From Paraphysomonas bandaiensis (Eukaryota > Protista > Chrysophyceae): DNA of 64,000 nt. A program made the translations under genes and the position numbers. This document shows, piece by piece, positions 13,846 to 28,237 of this stretch. The first letter of the stretch is position 1, and each line of letters begins with the position of its first letter. Under the pieces are notes generated by a model that worked only from the letters and a program-made list of their open reading frames with translations, did not search any database and had not been told where the DNA came from. The stretch lies in assembly GCA_965644295.1 (NCBI GenBank), contig CBFFRP010000426.1, forward strand, positions 1 to 64,000, written 5' to 3'.

Positions 13846-16800
13846 GGAAGGGGGGGCTCTATTATGAACCATTTTGATTTTTTTGGACCCTATTATGAAC
13901 CATTTTCTGAAAACGAAGTTGGAAGATTTGTGGACTTCGATCACTATTTCCTCGAATGAAGTGCTGGCAGCGTCTCTATTAGTATATACGGTCACATGCT
14001 TAGACTAACTTGAGTATGCTTGACACACTGGCCCCTTCAGATCACACTCTCATCTCATATTTATAGAGATAAGTGACATGAATCCTCATGGTGGCCTCCC
14101 ACCATTAACAGCACGATGCAAGCGACCCGCCCCCTCCACTATTAATATAATTGCATCAGTAATGAAAGCGACTAAGACTGGAAATATGCCTGTATCTGTA
14201 CCTGAAAAAAGGGTTGTGAATAGGTTGTTGGGGGCACTCCCGTCTATAGATCACCTTAATTCAGGCTCCTCCCGGGCACCTGAGCGGACCATCAGAGCAA
14301 CCGCCAAATCCCTCCCTGGCATCAATTTTCCACAAAGCAGGAAGGTCTACACCCTTGAGGAACGTGTTGCAGCCCTAAAAGCCCGCGTTATTGGCAAAAT
14401 GAAGCGGAGCGAGATCCTGGAGCAGTTTGGAGTTCCATTTTCTACTCTAACGAGGGATATAAGCCTTCTTCGGGAATGTCTCGATATGGAATCTCTGTCG
14501 GTAATGAACGCTTTTGTCTCAGACGATACGAATCATCATTTGGTGGCCAATGTCATCGACGAGTTGCAGTTTCCTCTATCCGGACCACCTCCCCTCCTGC
14601 GATCACGTCTTGACAGGGATTTGATGGCAGTGAAGTTCGACCTCCATGACCAAGCTGGTTATGGGTATAGTCGAAGCGAAATGTCAGAATTCGCAGTGCA
14701 ATACTGCCACCAATATGCGGATGCTGTCACTGCGGCGAACGGGGGGGTCGCTACGAATCAGTCTGAACGACTTAGGAAGGCCAAATGCGGGAAGAACTTT
14801 TTAAAGGATAACTTCTTAACACCGAAGGATTATGAGTGGGCGGAGAACACCAGACCAACAATTAGCAAAACTTCTGAGATTAGCTTCAGGCGTGCGGAGG
14901 CTGCAGATCCAACACGGCAAAGCACAATGGCTAGGAAGTTCCTTGCTCATATGGCTGACTGCATCAACTCAGGCACTCTCCCCAAGGGTGGTCCAGGTGG
15001 AGAGGATGTTGAAGACTGGGACGAGATCGGCTTTGATCCCTGGGGAAGGGCTTACAAAACCTTTAGCTTATTCAAGGATGGAAAGGAGAGACGATTCTCG
15101 GCTCGTCATGGAGAGAGGGCGCCCTTCTGGGTTACCCTGTTGTACGGCATCCGTGCCAACGGTACCCTCACAGCCCCAATCATCGTGCACCAAGGCTCAA
15201 GTATGAAGGTAAAGTATATTCTCTACATGTTCATACATATTCAGGACTGAATATATATAGGGTAACTTCTCCATGAATCTGGGGGAGGAATTTGGCGTGG
15301 ACTGTACTAAGTCCGGCTATGCTGATAAGGACACCTTCAAGGTTGCAGTCTTCTCTATGAGTACCGCCGGCCGCCCCAAGTGGATCTATGTCGATGGGCA
15401 CCACTCTCACTTAGATCCGGATAGTCTAGCCTTTGCAGTGAATCATAATATTCACATTAATTTTCTGTGTGCGCAAAACTCTGTTCGGGATGCTGCCATA
15501 GACAACGGCCCCAACGCCATGCTCAAGAGCCTCTACCGGAAGCGGTTCTTTGCGTGGAAGATGCAACATCCTGGAGAACTGCTCAGCAAAGGAGATTTCA
15601 ACAAAATCATTACCGAGGCTTGGCGTAAATTTGAGGCAGAACCAGATCTTAAGGACTGCATCATTAAGGCCTTTGTCAAAACAATGACGTGGCCGCTAGT
15701 TGATCCCCTTCCAGATATTGGTGTCAGTTCCCAGGCCGATCCTGCTAGAGTCACCTCCGGTACCATGATATCCGCCATCTATTGTACAGATGATAGAGAT
15801 AATGACCGGAAAGTGGAAGCGGCCCAAGTGAGGGAGGTTATTGTCGAGGATGCCCCTGATGTTGCTGGGATGAAACGTGTGAGATGGAAGGAGCCTATCC
15901 CAGGGGTGGATGACACCTATGGACTTCTTGTGAATGCCTACTCCCACAGTCTCTTTGAGAAAAGTTTTATCGTCCCTGCCCAGGAGCTTGCAAAGCGACG
16001 AGAGGAAGAGAACAGGCTAAAAAAAATCACCATTCCAAGGGCAGCGCCTACATGTCTTCTAGATACCGATTGTAGTGACAATGAGTCTGGGGAGGAGGAA
16101 ATTGATGACGAGGTAGCGGCGCAGCGGGTGGTGAACACAACCACTGGGCACTGCTGCACTCAGGCCACCGTCGACAGGGTACAAGCCGCTGCCGCACAGA
16201 TGGAGAAGAAGGCGGCCGATAAGTTGGCCAGAAAGGAGACTGCAAATGAGAAGGCTAAGAATACCCTCATGAAGCAGCAGGTGGTATACAAACGCGTCAT
16301 AGAATCTATCCGCGAAATTCCCACCTTCAATTGGAGATATGAAACGGTCGATATTCTCAAGGCATTGATAGCTGTACTCCCCAGGTCATCTGAAACTATC
16401 AGCGCCTTCGTCAAGCCGGGGACTAAAGCCCACCTGATTGCATTGTTGGAGTCGCCGATGAAGGTACGGTTAGCAAGTCTGAATTTAGTAGATGGAGGCC
16501 TTGTATATGACACCACCATGGTATGAGCAATTTGTGTATGATTTATTTTATCTTTTCGATTAGCTTTAAGTTTTATATGATTAACTAGTGTAGCAAAATT
16601 GGGTACTAGTCGTGTCACTAGCTTGAGTGGGTTATCTTTTCGATTATTTCCTTTAATATTAATATGATTAACTGAGAGTAAACACTTTTAATTACCAAGT
16701 TTTTATTAGTGCGCGTTAAGAATTCCAGCCTGGTAGTTACTAATGGGTAGTTGAATAGTGCCTCAGTGTCCTACTATATCCTACATATACAAATACGACT

Positions 16801-17528
16801 GTAACGGGACTCTACATTGTCACCAAACGACCAATGAATAGTCTGGAAGGTTTACCTAGTAAGTCTATCAACATTTACATTACTCCTAACGTTTCTAGAG
16901 AATCTCGACAGGACTGCGGGTCTCTTGCTATTAGGGTCTATGGATTTGTTACATTTGGATTATCACATGAATATGACTTCGGCATAGGCGCCATGGAGTA
17001 AAATAAACTTCTGATTAATTCAAAACAATGGTACTAGTTCTATTTTAACACATATAAGTGGGTATAGAGTCACACTACAGATATGACACTCATGAATCAC
17101 AAACACGACGAATCACATAAACTCTACAATATCTGTAGACGTAGAATGAATTACAAGGATCAGAGCACACAGGCGTGTCAAGCAGTATAATATTAGTCTA
17201 ACTGTCATGAAACATGTCTGCACTATTAGTATATGTGTTGAGATATGTGTAATAATGTGAATATGCCTGTCAACTCTACGTTTTGAAAACGGTTCATAAT
17301 AGGGGACCTGTTTTTTTGAACGACTGAAAATCGCCTTAAGGTGTTCACTTTGGCGGGCTATAACATAAGAACCAAATTATGAGAGAAGCTGATCAAATAA
17401 TATGAAATTAAGTTGAGAGCAAGCCTGATCTCATGATATGCTCAGATTGATAAGTCATGATTTAAAAGGTTGACTATATGAGCGATGAAAATGGCCAAAA
17501 AACGGTTCATAATAGAGCCCCCCCTTCC
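13846..17528 (+). mobile_element. pogo/Fot-like (IS630-Tc1-mariner superfamily) DNA transposon, about 3.7 kb, apparently complete
   Basis: Perfect 25-bp TIRs GGAAGGGGGGGCTCTATTATGAACC (13846-13870 and 17504-17528) flanked by TA on both sides. Inner copies of CTATTATGAACC at each end (about 13890; about 17291 inverted) and further imperfect subterminal inverted similarity (about 14000-14043 vs 17158-17201). Confidence 0.93.
14078..16526 (+). CDS. DD35D transposase (DDE_1/pogo-like), 2 exons, about 798 aa
   Basis: Intron 15209-15260 (GT..AG, 52 bp) joins ORFs 14078..15250 and 15273..16526 in frame. N-terminal HTH-like segment (RKVYTLEERVAA...FGVPFSTL); catalytic DWDEIG, YVDGHHSH and AIDNG with 35 residues between the second and third Asp. 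Confidence 0.88.
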
Positions 17529-17801
17529 TACATACATTCCTGCAGAGTCATGTATTCATAGTCTGTAGAAGTGCAGTAGTTTCGAAGAAAAGACAAGAAA
17601 GAAGTGAGATGAAGGAGAGGGCGGTGATGTTAACTCGGCCTCTTATGTATTATCTATCACCTATGCACTCTGATTCCACAACTATTCATGATTATCCAGT
17701 GACAACAATAGACCCATAATACAATGCTATGACTATTCCCACATCTCATGAGTATCGATCTATATATACCTCTACTCTAATCTATCAATAGTATACATCA
17801 T

Positions 17802-20800
17802 ATGTTAAATCAAGACTTATTTCTAACTATTCAACAAGCTCGTGATCTATTAGAGCACTTATCAGCAAAGGCATGGCCTGGATGGAGTAATTCGACACCT
17901 CTACTCCAAATACAGGACCCTGTAACATCTCTATGCAATATAGACGATGCGTGGAATCACTTTAAGACGCTTGATGTTGAAACACGCTTTGCTCATATAT
18001 ATGAGGCATTAAATGAAGTTAACTTCAGAGCAACGTTTCATAAACTAATTAATGTAATCAAAGCGTCAAAGTATAGCGCAACAAATGGGACTTTTCTAGT
18101 TCTGCGCGCCCATCTACAGTCACTCTACACACAATCTGCAACAGTATTGCAAGAGAGAACGAAGCCGGCGAAGCCTACGGATCATATTAAAGTTGTGGAG
18201 CTGATTGAAGAGTCGCAATTTAACCCAGTCAACTCTGATTGGCTGTTGAGCAATATCACAATGCCGTGTATGTTTGCGGCTAAGTATAACGCATCGCACA
18301 GCACCGTGGATCATTCATCTGTATGTCTTGCCCCCTCTAGTATAATGGTATGCTGTGTATCTGTGCTAAGAGCTGAAATCGACAGACTACTTGATGAGCA
18401 AATGAGGGCTATGGTAAGTTGGCTCTTGTATTGTAACTTGCTGAACAAGTGTGTACAATGTAATGTCGTATTTCATGCAGCCTATCCAACGCGTGAGTTC
18501 AAGAGAGGTAGATGCCGCCCAAGCCAACACACCGGGTTCTCATCATGCAGTAGTTGCAGCGTTCAGTCTAGCAGCTCTACTTGCTCGACAAGTGCAAGTG
18601 GCGGTAGGTCGAGCGTATGAAGACCTACAGCTTAGAGAAAGTGCTCCTGGGGCGGAGAGCAGCTTCAGGCTGTGTAGTATATCAGTTAGATGTACAGGTG
18701 ATGTGTCTGCTGCACCAACCAACTGGTGCAAAGTTTACTCGTAGAAACAGCTTACACCATTGTAGATAAGTTTAGGCATCCTGGACCATCCACCCTTCCT
18801 GTTTTTTCAGCGCGGTTTGTTGATAGTCTATGGCGAGACAGTGTGCACTCTGAACGGCGTCGATTACTGGCGCAATTAGGTGTTACGAATTTGCCAACAA
18901 CAGCGTCCAAGGGGGGGAAAGTCAAGCGGAAGTCAGAACCGGAGTTAGCACGCTCACAGGACGCCCTCGCTCAAGTGCATAGAGAGTTGAGGCAATATTG
19001 TATTGATCGATCGCTATGCGATGTTGGAGGGATGGCCGACAGTTGGCTTGAAGTGGACAGTGCGACAACAGAGCGGGAGGAGTGGGTGGATCTCGAGTCG
19101 GGAGCTTATGAGCCTCCAGTATCTCTCACCCCTGTCGAACAAGCACAAAAGAATCAGGACGAGTTTCTCAGTTGGTGTGTGGGACAGGATGCACTCGGTG
19201 CGGCTCTGTGTGAGTATGTTTCTACGTGCCCGATATTAAAGCTATTCTTGCCGACATCTGCACCTCCAGAGGCAATTCCATGGCCACAATGGGCATCTGC
19301 TGTTGCTACCGCCCTGGAGGGTAAGTGGGTAACTCTGGAACTGATGGCAGGTTGCGATGGCGGAGGAACGGTAGAAAGTACGACGGATGGATCGCAGCTA
19401 CAGAGTAGAGGATCAGGAAAAAATTCACAAAAGAAGAAGAGGAAGTCTAAAGGAAGAAAAACTGCGGTTGAAGTTCGGCATAGCAGTGCTAGCCACCCAG
19501 ACGCGGTCCACACTACAGCTGGACAGATAAATTCCTCGATCGGCGGAGGCAATACTGATTGCGTTACTGATGTTTCCTGTCAAGGTGACGAAAAACATGC
19601 AGAACGAAGTTCTGTTGCTTCGCCTACAATAATTCTGAAAGATGAAGAATACATTAGCGATGCTACCCATGTGAAAGAGTGTGGAGATGTATACAATGCT
19701 GCATTACCAACAGATGATGTGAATGATGTCACCGAGCTTCGCAGTAATAGCACTGCGAGCTACGGAATATCGGAGCAGCAGCCAGTGGCGGACCCTAATT
19801 TGGAGAAATCGTCACACTTTATAGTGGAGTGTGCAGATTCATCGGTAATTATGTATAATGATGATGATACTAACACTACTGGTAGAGGAAGTAGTCTTAC
19901 ACGGACTGATGAGACGACAATGCCCGTGCCGAGCAAAACATCTCCCGAAATTTCTGTGGATAATAGCAAGAGCTTGGTAGGAGAGCGCGTGAATAGTTGT
20001 CGAGGAAGTAGTCCTACACGGACTGATGAGACGACAATGCCCGTGCCGAGCAAAACATCTCCCGAAATTTCTGTGGATAATAGCGAGAGCTTGGTTAGAG
20101 AGCGCGTGAATAGTTGTCGAGGAAGTAGTCCTCCACGAACTGATGAGAGGATTGTTGCTGTATCGAGTGACACATCTTGCGAAATTGCAGTGGACAATAT
20201 GGAAAGTCTGGGGGGAAATCGTGTGAGTAGCGGTCGAAGCAGTAGGAGCGCTTCGAGTAGCGATGGAGGGACTTCAGCTGAATCTTCTGTTGACCCTCCT
20301 CGAAGAATGTCAATGAAATTTAGTTCTTCCGTCTGTACATCAGCAAGTCCTCACTCATCGCCTAGCCTGAAGAACCACAAGGTAACCCTTAATCGCGGTT
20401 GCTGTAAGCACGTCTTACTTAAATTTCGCAGGGGGACTATATCTGCAATGAGTGTGATGGTGATAGAGTGGGTACCGACAGCACAAGTCGAATGGATCTA
20501 CTTAAATGGGATCAACAAAGGAGATTAGCTGATGTACTTACTGAGGAGATTATCGACATGGCAGGGGCATTGCACAAAGTGGCTAATATGCGCCGCCCAT
20601 GGCAGACAGCTGCAATTGATCGGGTTCGTGGAATTGTGCAATCTCTGTGGGGACCGCATGCGCGATGCGAAGTATTTGGCTCCTTCGCCACTGGACTTGC
20701 CATTCCATCTTCTGACATAGATATTGTAGTATCTGGTAGGTATTATCAGAAATGGTCTGCTCATTTACTCGACTGACTGATGTCTTGGCACAGGTATATC

Positions 20801-22113
20801 CAACCATGTTCAGTGGTGGGGTGGCAAACCGTTAACTGCACTAGCTGTCTTATCCCATCAGTTAGAGCAGGCCGAATGGGTGAGTACAGTTCGGGCAATA
20901 GAACATGCCCCAATGCCTGTGATTAAGCTTACCACCGCACCTGTGCCAATGCCTCCTGTTGGTGGCACAGGAGAGAGAAAAGACTTCAGAGGAGTAATAA
21001 AAGTGGACATTACCATTGCCACTCACACTCATGGTGGGTCCCTATCGTCGTCGGAGTCCTATACGTTACCCACCCCTGTACCCATGCCGGGTGCAGGTGG
21101 TCCATCTCCTTATCCCCCGTACTCTTCCCCACAACAACAGCAAATACTGCCCCCTGGTCATCATAGTGGTGGAATACCATGTACACCGCCACCCCACTCG
21201 CCTTCCTTTCAAGTGCATCAAGGTGTTACAACTCGCGATTTTGTACTCCGCCTGTGTGCCATGAACCCAGATCTTATTCCCTTGGTACTAGTGATGAAGC
21301 AGTTTCTCCAAGAAAAGGGTTTACATGACCCTTTCACTGGAGGGCTTTCATCATATGCCGTCACCATCATGGTGGCATCTATTATTCACCCACATGCCCT
21401 GGAGAGGCCAGAGACGAAACCAGACCTTGGTACAATGCTGCTTTCGTTTCTGCGACGATTCGGAACTCGCTTTGACACACGCCGACATGCGGTAGTACTC
21501 TCTATCAATGGGCCTTTTGCGCCACTTGCTCCAGGGATGGCCCCTGCTCATGTACCGAGAGTAGGAACTCCAAACTATTGGCGTCCCGCCGACCCGGTGG
21601 TAGTAACAGGTAGTGTACTATACTTGGCACCTATGTTCTTTATTGTACGACTGTCTAAGCTCACTCTATTATTCAGACCCACTGGACTCTCAGAATAACC
21701 TCGGAAGATCGTGCTTCGGATTTAGACAGCTACAAACGGAATTTGACAATGCTTTGGAACGGGTTATGGCATGTATTGGTGACGAGGAACTGCTGGCATT
21801 CCCCACTGACCTCAATGATGGAGACCTTAGTAAGAACAAGAGAAGGAGAAGTGTTTTGGGTGCAATGTTTGGCACTACCCATCATGATAGTGTTGTGAGA
21901 CTGCAAGCGCAGATTTGGTGCCCACAGGAAGTTTTTGCGGGTCAAGAGCTATGTCGTGCTAGTGATTATGATAACGCTACAGAATCTGAAGCACCGTTGA
22001 AGGGATCACAAACTCTAAGACAAGAGTGTGAAATGCTTCTGGCATGTATGACAGAGAAACAGCTACTGGAAGCTAAAAATATGCTGATGGAGATAAGAGA
22101 GTGTAATCACTGA
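17802..22113 (+). CDS. Non-canonical poly(A) polymerase / terminal nucleotidyltransferase (Trf4/PAPD5-like) with long N-terminal extension; multi-exon
   Basis: CEVFGSFATGLAIPSSDIDIVV (GS-x10-DxD), PVIKL, LVLVMKQFLQEKGLHDPFTGGLSSYA, and DPLDSQNNLGRS (PAP-associated domain). Linkage of the upstream exons is inferred. Confidence 0.8.
19880..20235 (+). repeat. 117-bp (39-aa) coding tandem repeat x3
   Basis: RGSSxTRTDETTMPVPSKTSPEISVDNSxSLVxERVNSC occurs twice, plus a diverged third copy. Confidence 0.9.
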
Positions 22114-22633
22114 CATACAGTTTGTTTATGATGTCTTGTTAGTGTATGTATATACAGTATTGAACTCAATTCTGAACATAATATTTATATTAAATTTTTA
22201 TATTCAATTCAAGTACTATGTTAATATATGATACGTGTATATACAATATACTGTAATTATACATGTATTGTTTAATAAAGTGTATTGTTGAAAAATATAC
22301 GTATAACTTGTTATGAAGTAAGAGCAGATCTGTAACAAAGCCCTGTTTATTCCACAACCACTTTGCGCATTCAAATGGTGTACTGAATACTGATAAAGTA
22401 ACGAAATTTTACTGAATACGTATGGCGCGATGTTGGATTCAGAGGTATGTTGCCAATAACGGCAGCTGAGAAGATAAAGTAATGTTGATATTAGCGTGAA
22501 GGAAATTATTATTTTGGTTGTTTATTTTGATGAATATCACTGTTGTATGAGCACATAGTTAATATGTGAATAGCTAGTAAAACGTCAATCGACTTAATCT
22601 ACTACAGTTAGGACATATATTTATTTCTCATAT

Positions 22634-22725
22634 TGAAAGTCTTATTATTAGCAATAGGTGTTAAAAATCTGCAATAGCTTAGTAGCTAGACCAGAACTAG
22701 TCAAGCTAGATAGACATTCCTATTA
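22634..22725 (-). mobile_element. Short 3'-tail copy of the LINE-like element at 37137-38190
   Basis: TGAAAGTCTTATTATTAGCAATAGGTGTTAAAAATCTGCA matches 53650-53690 and the reverse complement of 38140-38188. Confidence 0.65.
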
Positions 22726-23006
22726 ATTGTCAGTTCCATTGACATGTGTTGAAAAGTGTTCATACTGAAATTGATTTCTACATAGTAAATGCGAAAGAAC
22801 CAGCAATATGGCGCTTCGGTATTATCGTTCACAATCACTCAGTTTGATTGTATTTCATGCCATCTAGTTTGCAATGCTATATAAACAGATAACAGATAAA
22901 AAAAATCAACCGACACAACACGCAAAAGAAACAGACATTTACAAATTACACACCGAGCTAGTTTGTAAAAACATATCCATATAACTGCTATTCATATACA
23001 CAGACT

Positions 23007-23648
23007 CTATGCTCCATCATCGATCCATCTGATTGCCGACTTCACTTCATCTACCTCTGCAGGAGTGAATTCATTCGGAATATCAAAGCGTTCGCGAATT
23101 TGGTCAGGTGTCTTATTTCGAAGTATGCATGCCAAAGCAGCACATCCAAGATCAAGAAGTGATTTTATATCCATGAAATTAGCAGCTAAGATAAGTTCAA
23201 ATAACATTTCCTCATTATCCCTGTCAAAGGTTACAAAATCTGCATACCATGCAGGTACAATGTCATGCATGCTGGAAGACTGGATTGGCTGTGGAAAGGA
23301 TATATGATTAACAGTTACAGTAATTCATTTTTGCACATTTTACCTTTTCTATAGGCGGATAAGGAGTTGCTTTGTAGCACTCCATGAACTTTATCACGTT
23401 TGCTAACACTTCAGCTCGGACATTTGGGAGTGGAATTTCTTGAGTCTCATCGACATCCACATCGTCTACAGCAGAGCAGTTAGCGACAACTATAGCAGTT
23501 AATAAAACATACCATCTATCATTGTATCAATCAATCCTGATAATCTGACAACCTCTAGACCTGCTTCAAATCGTTCCCCCTCCTGTGATATGAGGTATAC
23601 TTTATGTGCATTGGCTGTACTGGCCGTTACCATAGTCTTCTCCTCCAT
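23007..23648 (-). CDS. SKP1: SKP1 (SCF E3 ligase adaptor), 3 exons
   Basis: VYLISQEGERFE, EIPLPNVRAEVLANVIKF, LFELILAANFMDIKSLLDLGCA, KTPDQIRERFDI. Confidence 0.93.
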
Positions 23649-24786
23649 TGATATGGATATACTACCTTCAATAATGTAATTCAATTCAATAACGATAATT
23701 GAATAACACAAGCTATATTGTATGACTGCAACTGAATAGCCTTAATAGAGCATTGCTCACATAGCTATATACTGCTACATGTGTGATGTATGTATTAGGC
23801 TGCTTGTGGCAGTTGATCAGTTGATAGTATGGTTTTATACACCTAAAAAATACCTAAAATCTGGCATATTTCTAATACACCAGTGTAAAATACTGCAGTA
23901 TATATGCACGCAGGAGTGGATATCCGAGTATTTCTCAGTGCTATTCCATATTCAACTGTGTATGTAGTTGAAAAGTCCATATTTTTCTGTCATAATACTG
24001 TACTATTCAACACACAAAACTACGACAGTGATAAGCAAGCAAGCATGTCTCATCTATCGCTCTGTGCACATTACACACAGCTTCAATGTTCATATTGTGT
24101 GACGTATTGTCTGCTTAACGGTTTCTCATATAATTGTATTTCAACTCTTGAGCATGGCTTCTAGTAGAGCACACTATTATAAAGTGCAAGATTACTTTGT
24201 GCTCTGTATGAAGCATAGTTAAACTCATGCCAGTTTCATCTATGACAGATGTATATATAACGAGTACTTGCTATGCAATGGTATGATTCAGAATTGGAGA
24301 AGTTCTACTCTTCTTCACGTACTTTGCTTCCGGGATATCGAATTTACACCAGTTGCTGGCTGGTGATATAAACGTCCAGGAAATACTACTTGAATGTTTC
24401 AAGCAGTGTGCTGTGGTGGTATATATCTAGTCGAGGCACGCTGCACTACTCGTTACATTCTACACTCGTGACATTAGGGTAATCCCCTATCACACGTGCT
24501 GCTTCAACCGGGTCAGTGCACTTCAAACGCTGAAGTACTAAATGCTAAATGCTGTATTACTGTATTATATATAATGATGTAATAAATTTCCTCCAAAAAT
24601 AAAGGTTCTATAGGGTAACGAACTTTCTTTTTCAATTAAACGTAGTGTGCTTATACACAAACACACTACTCATCAGTTAGAATTACACAGTTTACATACT
24701 ACAATGTATCTTAACATTTTACACTTCTGGAATTCATATATGATGAGATACAGTACTGTACTACTAGTGCACGTAGAACATATTAA

Positions 24787-25628
24787 TTACCAATTAATCA
24801 GCTCGCCTGCATAAGAGACATAAACACATCCGTTGGATTTCAGAGCTCTCGAAACCGGGTCTGACGGCTCTGTGGATTCTACAAATTGGACAGAGAGTGC
24901 TGATTCGATCACGCTGGATATTCCTGATACGCTCTGTTCAACAGAAAGAGGAGGAGTACGGCCTGCCGATGATCCCATATCAGTATTTACCCATCCTGGG
25001 TGCAGCACAACAACTCGTCCACCAGAGTTTTGCACTGGCGCTTCATGGGCAAGCATCATGCTCACCATATTTAGAGCAGCTTTAGAGACGCGGTAGGAGG
25101 CTGCAAAAGGGGAAGATGTCTCATACACAGATCCCATAATGCTAGATACCATAACAAAAAGCTTTCCACTACTGGCACACACAAGATCGTGAAGAACCTT
25201 CACATAGCAGTTCAGAATAAATGATTACATTATTGGGCAGAACAAACCTGAGCGGTAAACATTGAACCATTTACATTCGTCTGAAAAGCCGAATTCATAT
25301 CTTCATCAGTGGTTTCCAATAAAGAACTTCGACTAGGTGCAATACCAGCATTAGCAATGAGGATATCAATAGAGTCAATCCCCTTGGTATTCAAAGTTTC
25401 TCTGAGACCATCACAGGATGATTTCTTAGATACATCCATGGGTAAAATGAGAAGTCTGTCGCCATATTGCGATTGAAGGCTAGATAAATCTGTCGCAGAT
25501 CCAGGAGATCTACAAGTTGCTATAACGTGAAGGTTGGAATTGGCAAGGTAAGACCTAACCAGGCCCAGACCAATTCCTCTACTCGAACCAGTAATTAACA
25601 CACGCTTGCATTTAGATAAGTTGGACAT
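24787..25628 (-). CDS. Short-chain dehydrogenase/reductase (CsgA/C-factor-like), 2 exons
   Basis: VLITGSSRGIGLG, IDILIANAGI, SSIMGS, catalytic YRVSK, LHPGWVNTDMG. Confidence 0.92.
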
Positions 25629-26039
25629 CTTCTCAATCTAAGTACCTATAGATTTCAGGGAGTAGTATCACTGGTAATATAGTTGCAGCAGAATGCAATC
25701 TTGTGCTGTGCAGTGGAGAGAGTTGCAATGAGAATACATGCATGCACTGCACCGGCAGCAGTTCCTAACAAACCACCATCTAGAATACTACAGAATACAG
25801 TTGATAATGTATGTATACTCGATATCAGTATTAAGCGAATCAGTATGTAATATAAGTATTTACTGACATATGATTGGATGACTTCTCTCGATGTCAATGG
25901 CCCTGTAAAGAACGCATATACATACATACACACATGCATTTATGCAAGCCTCCCAGTAGCAGATATAGTAGACATCAGGAGACCATAAGAGAACTAGTCA
26001 TCTCCATTAGGATCCTCTGAGTGATAGTAGAGAGAGAGT

Positions 26040-27723
26040 ATGTACCGTCGTCTGTTCTCTAATGTATCTCGGGGTTCTATACGAGTGTACTGCAATAAGA
26101 CATACAGAGACAGTGGCATCAAAGAGGCGTATATGTCTCTTGTTAATAGAAACTCTTTGCAATATGATGAGAATCAATGGCGTATTATTAAAGTACATAT
26201 ATACGGTTGCGTATTATGTGTATTTAAACTAATATCTTTATCAGGTTATGAGTAGAGTGCAGGATATTATCGTATCATCTCCTGCAGTTATGACCACTAA
26301 TGATAATGATGAAAGTGACACCAAAAGTCCCATTCCTCGGGGTCTTTATGTTTGGGGCGAAGTTGGAACCGGTACTTGAATTGTATTGAAACATTATCCA
26401 TTTACATTTATTCTAGGCAAGACCATGATGATGGATATGTTTTACTCCACTACACCCATTGAACAAAAACGTCGAGTGCACTTTCACAAGTTCATGCTTG
26501 ATGTTCATAAGCAGATTCACGAATTCAAGCAGGAGCTTCTTCGTGTTTATGGCCGCGATATTCAAATTAACCTCTCTGCTGACAGAGACCCTGTTCTCCA
26601 CGCCGCCCGTAGCATCAGCTCAACAGCCAAATTACTCTGCTTTGATGAGTTTCAAGTAACGGATATTGCGGATGCAGTGATAATGACGAAATTATTCAAC
26701 GAACTTTGGAGGAACGGTACGGTACTTGTAGCAACATCTAATCGTCCCCCTAGCGACCTTTACCTGGGCGGTATCAACAGGGAGTTCTTTATGCCTTTTA
26801 TAGGGGCCCTTGAATCCCGTTGCTTGATAAGGGAACTTCGTTCACAAACAGATTACAGGCAACTGATGAGCTCTCGTTCCAATGAGGGATACTTCACTCC
26901 TCTATCAGAGGACTCCACAACGCATCTATACAACTGTTTCTGTCGACACAGCGGAGATGCTCAGCGCATAGAGATACCAGTAATGATGGGTAGGAAGATG
27001 CAAGTTCTTGCCAAAGGAAGAGTCTGTTGGGTGACATTCCGCGAAATGTGCGAGGACAACAAAGGAGCAGCGGATTATGCGGCACTCGTGGAACACATGG
27101 ATGTGATTTATATGGATGGCATACCAACGTTATCAGTACTGGTAGTGTTACTTTATCGCTTGTTTTTATTAATGTAACACTTGTCCTTGAAGGAACATGA
27201 CAAGGCGCGGCGGTTTATTACTTTCATAGACGAAGTATACGATGCAGGGAAAGACTTGAGATGGACAAGTCAGTCAGATCCGCACCAATTGTTTCGCTTT
27301 CTGACACCAGAAGATGAAAAAAGCGGGTCATTGGGAATGGATCACTCTTGGGTAAACCGTGATGTGGTAATAGGAGAATCACAATCCTCCGTCACAACAC
27401 ATGGCCCCTCATCTGTCAGTGCTAACGACAAATCGTTCGAGTACCAGAAAGCGCCTTTTGATTCAATTTCAGTCTCAAGTAAGCCTCAATTATGTTTAGT
27501 TTACTAGTGTCTGAATCTCGTATGCCCAGAGTATTTCAAGGTGCCCACAACGGAAACACGAACTGGAGAAGAGAGTGAGAGAGAAATTGAGCTGAAAATG
27601 CTCGAAGGAGAGCTAGCATCAATACAGGAACTCTCATTTGCATTTCGTAGGGCGGCATCTCGAATGGTGGAAATGAGTAGTGTAGAATACAAAAATAGTT
27701 TACAGCGAAGCCTTATAGAGTAG
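26040..27723 (+). CDS. AFG1/LACE1 (ZapE-family) mitochondrial ATPase; multi-exon
   Basis: RGLYVWGEVGTG|KTMMMD (Walker A split by an intron), RRVHFHKFM, LCFDEFQVTDIADA, VATSNRPP, RRFITFIDEVYD, FAFRRAASRMVEM. Confidence 0.9.
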
Positions 27724-28237
27724 TCGCTTTGTTCACAACTCTAAATACTGTATTATCGTTAAAGTATCTTACTCTATTGTATTTGTCTCGTTCTATTACA
27801 ACATCTATACCACTTGCATAGCGATTTAGTAAAATGAGTAATTGAGAGATGATGTACGTTAAACGTTTACAAAGTCAACAATGATAATCGAAAGTGCTAA
27901 ATGGTTGTTTATTGTTTATTCTACTTTGCCTTCAGTATCATAAAGCTATATGGCGCTTGTTTATACAACAAGATGAACTATCCCCTTATATTATTCTTGG
28001 ATTCCATTGTATTAATGGGTTGGTTGTGGTAGATTGTAGATCCATCCTGTACTCTACAATATTCGTTATTCGTGTGTTTTCAAATAATTTAATCGATTAT
28101 CTACACACTTGAAGTGAACCAACAAGAATATTTATTTTGATTATATTTATGCACAATATATGGGCTCAGGTAGAATTTAACGGTCTATACGTGCACAATA
28201 CACAACAAACTTGAATTCACAGCTACAGGCAGCAATG

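Noticed and set aside
19900-20070. Hammerhead-like CTGATGA...GAAA motifs
   Set aside because: They lie in a coding tandem repeat and lack convincing flanking stems.
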